Source: Ascidiella aspersa (Eukaryota). From it: a DNA stretch of 64,000 nt. The translations under genes were made by a program, and so were the position numbers. How positions within the stretch are numbered: the first letter of the stretch is position 1; each line of letters begins with the position of its first letter. Location: the NCBI GenBank assembly GCA_963924565.1, contig OZ004612.1, positions 28,148,001 to 28,212,000 of the forward strand, read 5' to 3'. The notes beneath the pieces are model-generated. The model was not told the origin of the DNA. It did no database searches and worked only from the letters and a program-made list of their open reading frames with translations. Below are positions 52,901-62,612 of this stretch, piece after piece.

Positions 52901-55900
52901 GTCGTATTGACTTGCCGCATTCCGCAGCCAGGACGTAATTGTGCGACCACGTGTTGCAAAGTACCCCGCCGTTGTTCAAGCGCGCGCTTGTGAGTGGGAG
53001 GGGGGACGTTTCGGGGTTTCTGCGGCGCTAAAAATACATTGTCGTCACTCGCTACGTCACAATGGCGCCGGGTCGTGAACTCTTGACTGTTTGGAACATA
53101 TTAGGTTTAGGAGAGTGGAATATTTTAAAATATTTCAAAGCCTTTATGCCATTGTGAAGTCGTGTTTGAAATTGTTGTTTATACGCTTTGTAAAAAAATG
53201 TTTATTTCAAAGCCTTTATGCCTTTAAGCTAAAACTCTTTCTGAAATAACGAATCTCCCACAGATAATAAAATGTAAAAGATAGATTCTTGCTTTCGTGT
53301 CAGACAATCTTAAGATCGGTAAAGTCGTGTTTGAATTTATTGTATAAACATTAAACACTTTGCATCAACTTGGAAGTAAAATTGTCGAAGGTTGTTGTTA
53401 ATCTGAAGTACAGAACAATATATTATAAAAAATGTTCATTTCAAGTCATGCTTATACCTGCATTTGTATGGGTTTTGATAGTTGTCGAAAAAATGTTCAT
53501 ATTAAATTTGTCAATTCTTTACACAAAACAAATACCCAAGTGCCAAGTCCATACAGAAAAAGCACACATTTCTAAAGAATCATTTATAATTTAACAAAAC
53601 CATTTCTACCAATGCATTGTATTTTTTAATGTTTCGTCTAGGTTTTTGGAAAACTCTATAACCAAATCCTACGTAAACCGGTATTGCAAACGATTAATTC
53701 TAACTAATAGGAATGTACTATTATGGCACGAAAATATCAAGCCGTCTGCCAAAGATAATCCACTTTATCTGACAACACTTTCGTGATTCTTAGCACATTT
53801 TTTTCCTAGATTACGAGATTGCGCATTTTTCATTAAACTGTTAGCCAACTCTGTCCGAAAATGCTCCCTTTGGCATTTCAATTAGTGTTAATTAGTGTTT
53901 TTTCTAAACATACACATTTTGTCACCAGTTTTGCAAAGGTCGTATCCATTTATAGGAAGTTATACTTTCACAGATGAATCCTAACAAAGGACCATCAGAT
54001 ACTATAACGCAAACAGTATATCGAGTGTCACTTGGAAATTCCAGCGTGTTTGTTCAAGATCATAATTCAAAAAAAAGTAACCAAGCACGGCCCATTGTCT
54101 GTGACTGTGACGTCGACAGTACCATTGTGTAACCTCGAACGGGAAAACAAAGGACTTTCAAACCTTAATATAAACTCACCTGTCAGCGTCAAAAACCAGC
54201 GGGTAGTCGTATTTCTTGAGCTGGGGCTTGCGCCGATTGGATCGGACATTTACGGGGTTGAGGGGTCCCTCTGTGATGTCATAGGGGAGCACGGGGCTCG
54301 AGGGGAGAGAGGGGTTGCTGGAAACGTGCCAGATGCGGTGCTGGCCGAAGTAGCCGACGTAGTGGCCGCGATGGGGGTACCAAAGCCTGGGTAAGGGGTC
54401 AATTGTTAGATTTCCAATACACTGAATTATGTAGACCTGTTAGTAATTGGTTACTTTGAAAAGAGCAACTTGACAATTTTCTGGGTTTTTGTTAAATGAT
54501 ACGAAGTGCTATCTTTCAACGCTGATTAGCAAAATGTAGTCTTCAAATAATTAAGTTTTTATGTTCACTTTAAAGCAAATTTTAGTCAACTCGAGATCTG
54601 ATTATCCATCAATTGATCAAAACTTTATTATTTTTTAAAGGAATAATCCGATACCGACTTAATATACGCATTTTAACAAAAATAGTTTGCGATATTCAAG
54701 TTAAATTCCTAACATAGAAGTAAGTTAACAACTTAGGTAACCAAACTTTTTAGCGCTAAAGCTAATTTCAGTTTGTTAACCTCAAAAATAACCCTTAGAG
54801 ATTGAAATGTAATCCAGTTTGGCTATTTGACCATAGTAATAACGCAACATGGTATCTAACCTACGCACATACGTACGTATACGCACCTTACGGATTTGTC
54901 CGTGGAAAATAAATCAAGTAAGATACAACCGTAGTACGTACAGTACGTACGTATACGGACCTTAGAATTCCGTCGGTGTAAAAAGTATCAAATTATATAC
55001 ATACATAAAGTTCTAACCTACGCACATACGTACGTATACGCACATTACGGATCCATCGATGGGAAAAACTTAAATACATCCGTAGTACAAAGCAACACGC
55101 ACAAACGTACGTATACGCACCTTACTGAACGGTCAGTGGAAAACTATAAAGCTAAACACCTTCTTAGTACAAAGCACCACGTATATACGTACGTACGAAT
55201 CCGTCGGTAAAAAAATCAAGTTTTTAGAAACCAAAATCAAGCTATATTCATCCGTAAAGTTTTAACCTACGCACATACGTACGTATACGCACCTTACGGA
55301 TCCGTCAGTGGATGCGGTGATGAGCGTACGTGTTGCGTTTACGTACGTAACGTCGACCACCTTGGTGAGGTGCGCCCTCCAGCACACGATTTGCTTGACC
55401 AGTTCGGACCGCGCCTGGGGGGCCAATGCCGCTGGGGGGCGCTGCAGGAACTCGGACACGTCCCAAACTGTGACGTAACCCTCTGGAAACGTGACGTAAA
55501 GTATTTTGAACCTGACGTTGTTGTTTGTGCCGATCATAACAAATGTTTAAGGAAATTTGAGGTTAGAATAAGACACATTTGGGTAATCTACATATTTAGC
55601 ATGATTGTATCGTTTATTTCGTTTGGTGGCATTTTGGTGGCTCCCTCAGTCAGATAAAAGAAAAAAATAATTCAGTAGCGCCACCTAGTGATGGCAACAA
55701 TTCCGACTGGATTTAGATTTCATATTCGAATTTTTTTTTAACTCTAAGTCACAGGTCGGGAACCTTTAGCATTGAAAGAGCCATTTGGTCTCGTTTGCCT
55801 AAAAATAAAACCTACTCGGAGTCACAACACGAAATTGTCTGTAAGTTAACATAGACTTATTTATTTATTTATTTATTCACAATATGTTTTTCAAATGAGC

Positions 55901-58900
55901 TGTCTTTCTCAGAATCACGGGAGCCAGTGCACACAGACGAAGGAGGAGCCTGAGGTTGCAATGCAATGCATTATGCTTTTCAGAAATCGCCTCGGGTGAT
56001 AACAACGATACGTATTGGCCATTTAAACGAAATCATACCAAAATAAGTGGACTATTATTTTTAAATAGTAGTACTCTTAGGTTATTTACGAACGTATTGG
56101 GGGATTTAAGTTCATTTCAAAACGAGTCACGTACGCTACAGTAATGACACTGCCTTGAAAACAAAGCAACGCGAAACGAAAAACGTCAATCCGCAAAAAA
56201 GTTTATTGAACACTTTCGCTGTTAAGCGACCTGGATGGGACGTCGAGACTAAAACACAATAGCCGTATTTGTTTCGATTGATATCACTCCTGGCGGCAAA
56301 AGTTTGAATATATTCGAACTACTTACTGGTATCAGCCACGATCAGTTGACATGCGAGCTCATCACAACATACGGAAGTTACGGGAGATAACACTCGTGTC
56401 ATCGGATTTAGGCTGCACAGAAGTTCGCCTGATGTCGACCACAATCTGTGTGAAAATTAGCGAAATCGGAGTAAATGTATAAGGAAAAATGTGGAAGTTA
56501 AACAGCTAAAAATTGTAACACAAACAGGGAAGATATATAATACGAATTTTGTTCCGACACCATAGAAGAAAATCAAAGTCAAAACAGAAGTAAACTTTCT
56601 CTTTATTTAACATAAATATTTAGTCCAAGTCTAACTACAGCTTTTATTCATTATGCTTTTTTTACAAAAAGTTTTTAACAAAATGCAAAATACTTAATTC
56701 ACAAACCACAATTTTCAGATAAAAATAAAACATATATTTCGCCAAACAGACATCCTCATTTTTTCGACAGCATAACAAAGGCTTAATCAAATAGTTAACG
56801 TATAAGTGATAAAACAACCAAATGTAGTCTTAACAACAAACCCGTAGAAAAAAATGATGTTTGATAATGTTTAGAACGTAAAGCAAGATAAATTATAAAA
56901 TATTATTTATCGAAATTATTTATAGTGTGAAACATTTAGGGCAAAAATACGTCATCACTACCTGACGAAGGTGTCTTGATGACAAGAGGCGATCACAGGT
57001 GGAAACCTCACTTCCACCATCTTGATTGGTTCGCTGTCGATTCCGTAATCCACCTTTCGCTCATCGGAACCCGAGCCCTCATCCGACGAGCCGTCGTGCG
57101 AACCCTGTGACGTCATAAGGAGTTTTTTTGTAAAATGCGAACATGAAAGTCAATAAATGATAAAAAAAATAGACACCAAAAGCATACTACAAAAATATCC
57201 TTGCTATATACAAAAATTAATTTCCAAAAGTTTAAACGTTCTACAAACCCAGCTGTGCGCTACGCAAAAGAGGTGGACAAGTCGAAAATCAATCAAAACC
57301 GATTTGCCTCATCATAAACTTGAACTATATTCACACAACACAGACAGATTGAGCAAGCATTGTCGTATGGTTGTTTCTCGACTCGCTCCTCTCTGAGCCT
57401 ATGTAGCTCAGTTGGTAGAGCGACGGTCCCGGCTTGGCCAGAGGTATAAGTTCGAACCTTACTGCAGGCTAGTTGTTTTCCTAGTCTGGCCTGTTTGCAT
57501 CATTGACCGACGATTACGGCTTTCCGTATCATTAGTACACGGTCCCGGCTTGACCGAAGGTCGTGAGTTCGAACCTCACTGCAGGCTAGTTGTTTTTCTA
57601 GCCTGCCCTGCTTGCATCATAGATCAACAGATTCGGTGAAGAGTCTGCACTGGCTTTCGGTGTACTATATTCACACAACTAAGGATGTCCAATACTTGAC
57701 ATTTTATTCTGACACCCGATATTCTGGACAAAAAGTAGCGAGATCAGATACCAAATGACGTCATGACTTCAACTATGATAGAACTTAATCAATGTTAAGA
57801 GCTTGACACGTTTGCATCGGCAAGTGCTTGCGCCATCTACTCACCTCGAAGTCAAGATCAACTTCTTCCGACGGATCGTCCTCCTCTTTAGCCCCTCCAT
57901 TGTCCCCCGTTTCTGCTGCTGCTGCTCCCACTTCCTCCTTGGCATCTTTATCGTTTTCTTCTTCCTATATGTTAAAGACGCACCAATTTTTAGTGTTGAG
58001 ATGCCAATGCATCAGTGAAACTTCTAGCTTAATTTATTAAACGGTAGCTTCACACGTTTCAAAATCGGCCCGTTTAGCGTATCCCGGAGCCCAGGGGTAG
58101 CCAAACTCATTACATAAAGTGACAGACACCTGTAAGCAGACATGGACAACTAGATTTATTTTATTGAATCCCATATAGAAGTAGGGAGCAGTTTGAACGT
58201 TTCGAAAACCTTTTTATTCAATTTCAATTCTGTTGAAAATGAAGAACATTTTTACTACGTCTTGCTAGTACTACAGCCTCCAACCATTAGTTCTGCTTTA
58301 TTTTAGCTTTTCAAAATGTAATTATGATTTTAAATTCCAGTTTAGATTCTGTTTTCTAAGAATTCAGTAATTCTAATTCTAATATAATTTGGAAAAACTA
58401 AAAAGAATTTAATTTTAAAAAGCTAATATAAATCTAGCTGTTTAAGTCTTTTCCCGATCTTCATAAAACCAAGGCAAACAACTTCAAACCTTATCTGCTC
58501 CCGACTCCAAATCCTCTTCCTCAGGGTCGATGAGTCCCTCCTCGATCATCCTTTTCCTCTTCAGCTTCCTTCTTCTCTTAACCTCCTCCGGATCGGGCCG
58601 GAAGATTCGGTGAGCGAGGAGAGCGACGTCGTTAATACGATGAGGGAAGAGCTCCTTGGATCGGTGACGATGGCTGTCGTAGCTACTCGCCAACTCCGAT
58701 TTGGACAACTCGAATCTGAAAGACGTATTGGATGTCTTTATGTTTTATGTTGTTTTTCTATTCAATCGAATAGTCAACTTTGTTAAGGCTTTGGTAGCTA
58801 CTCGCCGACTCTGATTTCGACAACTCGAACCTGTAAAAACATAAGACAATGTTTTTGTTTGTCGACTACTGCCAGAAACGAGTTTTTTCTTAAATGTGCA

Positions 58901-60999
58901 GAGTCGAGTAGCTATGGGAATTACAGTACAAAGCATAGGTTTTAGGCCAGGGTTCTTAAACTGGGGTCCATGGACCCCTTGGGGTCCGTGAACTAGTTTT
59001 AGGGGGTCCGTGAAGGTCTATTTGAAATATTAATGCCTATTTAAAAAGTAATCAATTTTTCTAAGAAAATAGTTTAATTAAAAATAAAACGTTTTTGCAC
59101 TGAATGTATTTAGACCCTATTTTCCTTTCACATTTTGTGGCCCAAAACTGTACATTTCTAAAGTCTATTTGTATTGTGACGTCATTTTTAAAAAATTCTT
59201 GCTTACCGTGGTCCATGCGAAGCAAAAAAAGTTTTTAGGGGTCCGCGGTGAAAACAGTTTAAGAACCCCTGTTTTAGGCAAATAACACGTCAACTGGGAT
59301 TTTAACAATTCGTATCTGCGAACCTAGATTGATATTTATTTACTTTATGATTTAAACGGGCCAAACAAGTGTTCAAACTTTTATTGTTACATTTTTTTGG
59401 TTTTATAGGATGTCGTAGCTAATGGCAGACTCGAACTGGGACAACTGAAAGCTTCCAGCAACCACTAACGATAGGAATTTTAATTGTTTAGCTAAGGTTT
59501 TTGTTAGGATATTTTTTTAATCGTATGACTTGTTCAAACAAGGACAACAACAAAAACGTTCAATTAGTTTTAAATGCTACACGTGACTTAACTTGTATTA
59601 CAAGACTTACTCGAAACAAATCATTCCTGATAATTGCTGATTCAGACTTGTGTAATATCAGAACAGTGCATCCCTTTAGTCTAAAATCTCAATTGAACAA
59701 GGAACGGAAACTTTGTAATTAACTTATGGGCAACTCAAACTTTCTAACTCTAGAAACAGACAAAGGATAAAAACAGCGAAAGACTTACACGTCTTTTACA
59801 ACGCATTGGTCGCGATCCCACAAGATGATATTTCCGTTCGAGCATCCAGTTATGACGCAACAAGGCAGTTCCGCTTCGTTGCACAGCGTGCAGCACGTGA
59901 TCTCGTTGCGTAGCAACACGTCTTCCTATAAAAACGAGATTGCGGAGTCACTTAATGTGCAGTGGGTGTTTTTTATTGATTTTCAAACTTATGATCATAT
60001 AATATGGAAGGGCGAAGTAGAAAATATCAAACAATAAGATAAAAGCCAGATTTAATGTGTCCAGTTTACTACACTTTTAATTTTTCCCTCATTTATTTTA
60101 TCGTTTGTCTGATCGATTTTATTTTAACGCTTCATTAGTCTATTATATGTCAATGGTTGGCACATAAAGTCAAAAGTGAATGCTTTAAATACTTTAAAAT
60201 CACAATTTTGGTCAAGGCGAATTAAGAAAAACACAATGCGGAGTTATCACAATGCAATAGCCCTTGGGTTAAATTTCTACTGAAGTGATTTTGAAAATTG
60301 AAGAAGTACTTTTTTAATTTTTGAGTTGCTAATTAAACCACTGACAAGATGGCCAGAAAATATAGTGAATTGTGTAGAGGGATTCGAAACCACAAGAACA
60401 GAACTAGCGTATAAACACCAAGAAAACATGAAAAATTAAAGAAAAATAGGTGTGGTTCAAACCTTTAACCTAGGAAAACTAACTATAAAACTTAGTTGTA
60501 GATTTGTGCATCTTAAAGAGTGGATTGTGTTGTACATCGTAAAAGTGTCAGTAACTTGGTTATGCTCTTAAAAGTAAGTGAACATATGCCACTGGTCGGA
60601 ATGTAATCGTCTGGCAATTGTTACTTATACCAGCGTGGTTCACCATGACCGACTTCAGCTAAACTTGCCAATTTCGTCGAATCCGCGAGTCCATCTCCGA
60701 CTCTACAGCTTACAGTATATTCCACCCATTTATTGATCAGTCAATCGATTTTAAACCAAACTGTATTATAAACATCCACCAGTTTTTGCAAGTTGCTAAA
60801 CACTTGCCAAGAATATCGGTGCGTTCCATACATCCAAGCAACACATTCGCCAAACGCGCAAAATGAAGTTTCAACTACAACTATATGCTCCAGCTGTGCT
60901 CACCTTGCGTGGTATGACGTCATCACCGTCGTCATCAACGAGAGTTTTCCCGCTTTGCTCTTCCCTGTCACCGGCTTCACTCCCCACCGGGCTGTAAAT
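46803..60999 (-). CDS. WDR64: WD repeat-containing protein 64-like, 3' portion; 11 exons: 60999-60904, 59925-59789, 58715-58490, 57964-57845, 57104-56962, 56445-56327, 55482-55293, 54386-54180, 49928-49793, 49150-49079, 46925-46803 (5' exons not found in the window; 3' end unresolved)
   Basis: GT-AG junctions with consistent phases. WD40 motifs (VITGCSNGNIILWD, GYVTVWD, WRAHLTKVVDV..LITASTDGSVRLW). The C-terminal series GHYVGYFGQ / LPYDITE / KYDYPLVFD..RW / KFFSALVKPK / GAIFHHLPVY matches my recollection of vertebrate WDR64. Confidence 0.8.
47064..47396. mobile_element. Non-autonomous hAT MITE, family A, copy 2
   Basis: Same TIRs (left one diverged); perfect 8-bp TSD ATTTAGTT. Confidence 0.9.
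47850..48160. repeat. Nested inverted-repeat (foldback) element
   Basis: GCTATTT(A/G)ACCGGATCGC twice forward and CCGGGT(A/G)AATAGCCTC twice in inverted orientation. Confidence 0.55.
48489..48860. mobile_element. Degenerate hAT-like MITE
   Basis: CAGTATTTCTTAACC...GGTAGAGAAACGCTG imperfect TIRs with GGCGACCC subterminal motif. Confidence 0.45.
49079..49150 (-). CDS. WDR64: WDR64-like exon (ADKSALESDKPVDSDTGAIFHHLP)
   Basis: tgacgtcatAG acceptor, CCG|GTGAGA donor, 72 nt. Confidence 0.85.
49793..49928 (-). CDS. WDR64: WDR64-like exon (WRPFRRSAY...KKFFSALVKPK)
   Basis: ttttacacgccAG acceptor, AAG|GTAGGA donor, phase 2-0. Confidence 0.85.
50458..51513. mobile_element. About 1.05-kb non-autonomous hAT-like element with 5-bp TSD
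   Basis: Imperfect TIR CAGGGTTnnnCYTAAGC at both ends, subterminal CTCGCC/GGCGAG repeats, ACTAT duplicated at both flanks. Confidence 0.7.
51700..51868. mobile_element. Palindromic MITE-like element (family D)
   Basis: Long inverted arms GGGTAAATCGACATCATCTTGATAAA / TTTATCAAGATGACGTCGATTTACTCG; related copy at about 3724-3800. Confidence 0.65.
54180..54386 (-). CDS. WDR64: WDR64-like exon (LWYPHRGHYVGYFGQ...KYDYPLVFDADR)
   Basis: cttacccAG acceptor, AG|GTGAGT donor; WDR64-type C-terminal motifs. Confidence 0.9.
54857..55310. repeat. Degenerate tandem repeat (about 75-90 bp, about 6 copies) derived from a 5' splice junction
   Basis: Repeats of CCTACGCACATACGTACGTATACGCACCTTACGGATCCGTCAGTGGA. 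Confidence 0.9.
55293..55482 (-). CDS. WDR64: WDR64-like exon (KGYVTVWDVSEF...LITASTDGSVR)
   Basis: tttccAG acceptor, AG|GTGCGT donor; classic WD40 text. Confidence 0.92.
56327..56445 (-). CDS. WDR64: WDR64-like exon (LWSTSGELLC...QLIVADT)
   Basis: cacacAG acceptor, A|GTAAGT donor; continues a WD repeat. Confidence 0.85.
56962..57104 (-). CDS. WDR64: WDR64-like exon (GSHDGSSDEG...PPVIASCHQDTFVR)
   Basis: tgacgtcacAG acceptor, AG|GTAGTG donor. Confidence 0.85.
57340..57663 (+). mobile_element. Dimeric tRNA-like (SINE-like) insertion flanked by the 16-bp direct repeat ACTATATTCACACAAC
   Basis: Two tRNA-like units (about 57397-57470 and 57531-57587). A box TAGCTCAGTTGG in the first unit, B boxes GTTCGAACC in both. 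Identical 16-mers at 57324-57339 and 57664-57679. Confidence 0.75.
57845..57964 (-). CDS. WDR64: WDR64-like acidic exon (EEENDKDAKEE...VDLDFE)
   Basis: atatAG acceptor, GAG|GTGAGT donor, 120 nt. Confidence 0.8.
58490..58715 (-). CDS. WDR64: WDR64-like exon (FELSKSELASSY...EEDLESGADK)
   Basis: tctttcAG acceptor, AAG|GTTTGA donor; phases fit both neighbours. Confidence 0.85.
58948..59271. mobile_element. Non-autonomous hAT MITE, family A, copy 3 (opposite orientation)
   Basis: Same TIRs; perfect 8-bp TSD TTTTAGGC. Confidence 0.9.
59789..59925 (-). CDS. WDR64: WDR64-like exon (WD40: EITCCTLC...VITGCSNGNIILWDRD)
   Basis: tttttatAG acceptor, GT|GTAAGT donor, WD dipeptide. Confidence 0.9.
60904..60999 (-). 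CDS. WDR64: WDR64-like exon (IYSPVGSEAGDREEQSGKTLVDDDGDDVIPRK)
   Basis: ctcacAG acceptor, AAG|GTGAGC donor, 96 nt, phase 0-0. Confidence 0.75.
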
Positions 61000-61061
61000 C
61001 TGTGAGAAAACTCAATGTAAAGTTGCAATATATAAAAATAAAACATTGCGACAATACAAAA

Positions 61062-61143
61062 GTTGAGACGAAAAAAAATTGAGACGAAAAAAATTGAGAC
61101 AACAAAAAAATTGAGACAACAAAAAAATTGAGACAACAAAAAA
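61062..61143. repeat. Minisatellite TTGAGAC(G/A)A-rich, 5 copies
   Basis: Directly visible units of 15-17 bp. Confidence 0.9.
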
Positions 61144-62359
61144 GTTTTTATAAAAAGTTCGACACAAATGCTTAGAGGTCACGTCATCTAGCTTAAAGTT
61201 TGTGTCGATTGATGACGCATTAAAAAGGGGATTTATGGAGTGAGGGGAAAATTAACGGGTGACTGCAGAGACTAAGTGAATTAATCGATGATATTGATGT
61301 GAAAGATAAACCAGAAGAAAATAAATGCAGCTCGGTACTACAAGTGCTATCAAGCAGTTATTTATTGTTTGCAAAACGTCTGATCCTGTTTTTACTCATG
61401 TTTTCAACTATGAGTTTTACTTGTTATTTTTTGTAGTATATGTTGGTAAAAATGGGTGGTGAAATTGATACAAAGACGAGACTAAATTTTGTAAAATTAA
61501 TCCGAAGGCGGTTTTTGTGTTATTAATCTCAAGAAAATGGATTTTTTTATCAAAAACTTGTTTATAACAATTTATAGCTTGCAGCGACAAAGATAATATC
61601 TCATAATAGCATTATGATAACACGCAACAACATCTCTCATTATTCCATTTGTTAAAAGCCACGCTTAAGAACCATCGACAAATCCTAAATAATTCAACCA
61701 TTAACGATTGCTCGTAAGGGTTTCCTTGTGCTCTGTGAAGTGGAAATCTAATCATTCCGGCAATGCTCACTTTGCATTTACCAAGAACCCGAAGCAAAAA
61801 GACTATAGCAAAGGCCGTGTTTGCAAGTCATACAGCAAATGCCCAAAGGTTCGGGCGCTAGACTTTAAGTAGCAATCTATTTTTACTATGGTTAGGTGGG
61901 CGGGCGTGTTAAATAGCGCTCAGCAGATTACCATTACACGGGGGCGGATTGCAGGAGAAAAAATACATTGTTTTCAGTTCTGCGTTGCTCGCAATTTAAA
62001 ATCCCCAACTGGTGAAACGCTACACTTTATGTATCGCTCTATTTTTAACTTGCGGCCTTAAGAAAAAAAATCGTTAACCCTATGTTGGAAAAGACAGTTT
62101 TAAATTTAGCATCGGCCCCGGCTTATAACAGAGCGGCCATCTTGGGTGACGCAAGGTCCCCGCAAACTTTCTTCTAGTTGCAACAGAACCTTCTGGAACT
62201 CGTCAAAGTCAAGCAAGGAATCTATGGCGGCTGGGTCAAGGTAAAGTCGAATTCGAATAACAAGCTTCGTAAACCCCCGGGAGTTTAGCTTTTTTAGGCG
62301 TTCCAGCATTCTCCTAAACCTAAACTATTGATTATTACGGCATTTGCATGGGCATGTTA

Positions 62360-62612
62360 AATACCGACGATATTTTATTGCACACAATTATTACGCCTTG
62401 CCCATTCGCAGCAGTGTGCTATTTAGGTTCAAATTAAAATCTTAGTCTTTTTTATTTCATTTTAGTTATTTCCTAGCTGTAAGAAATCTAAACGTTTGAT
62501 CGTAAGTTATGAACATTTGAAACACCGACGATACTCTACTGCACACAATTATTACGCCTTGCCCATTCGCAGCAGCGTGTTATTTAGGTTCAAATTAATA
62601 TCTTAGTCTTTT
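62360..62612. repeat. About 160-bp tandem duplication
   Basis: TGCACACAATTATTACGCCTTGCCCATTCGCAGCAG occurs twice. Confidence 0.85.

Noticed and set aside
54032-55657. + strand ORFs 54032..54394 and 55370..55657
   Set aside because: Antisense shadows of GC-rich WDR64-like exons.
57397-57587. Functional tRNA genes
   Set aside because: Anticodon loops are non-canonical and differ between copies; stem mismatches or truncation in individual copies.
62106-62309. Minus ORF with EF-hand-like LLDFDEFQKVL as a WDR64 exon
   Set aside because: No suitable donor before the stop, incomplete EF-hand loop, and wrong position relative to the WD repeats.
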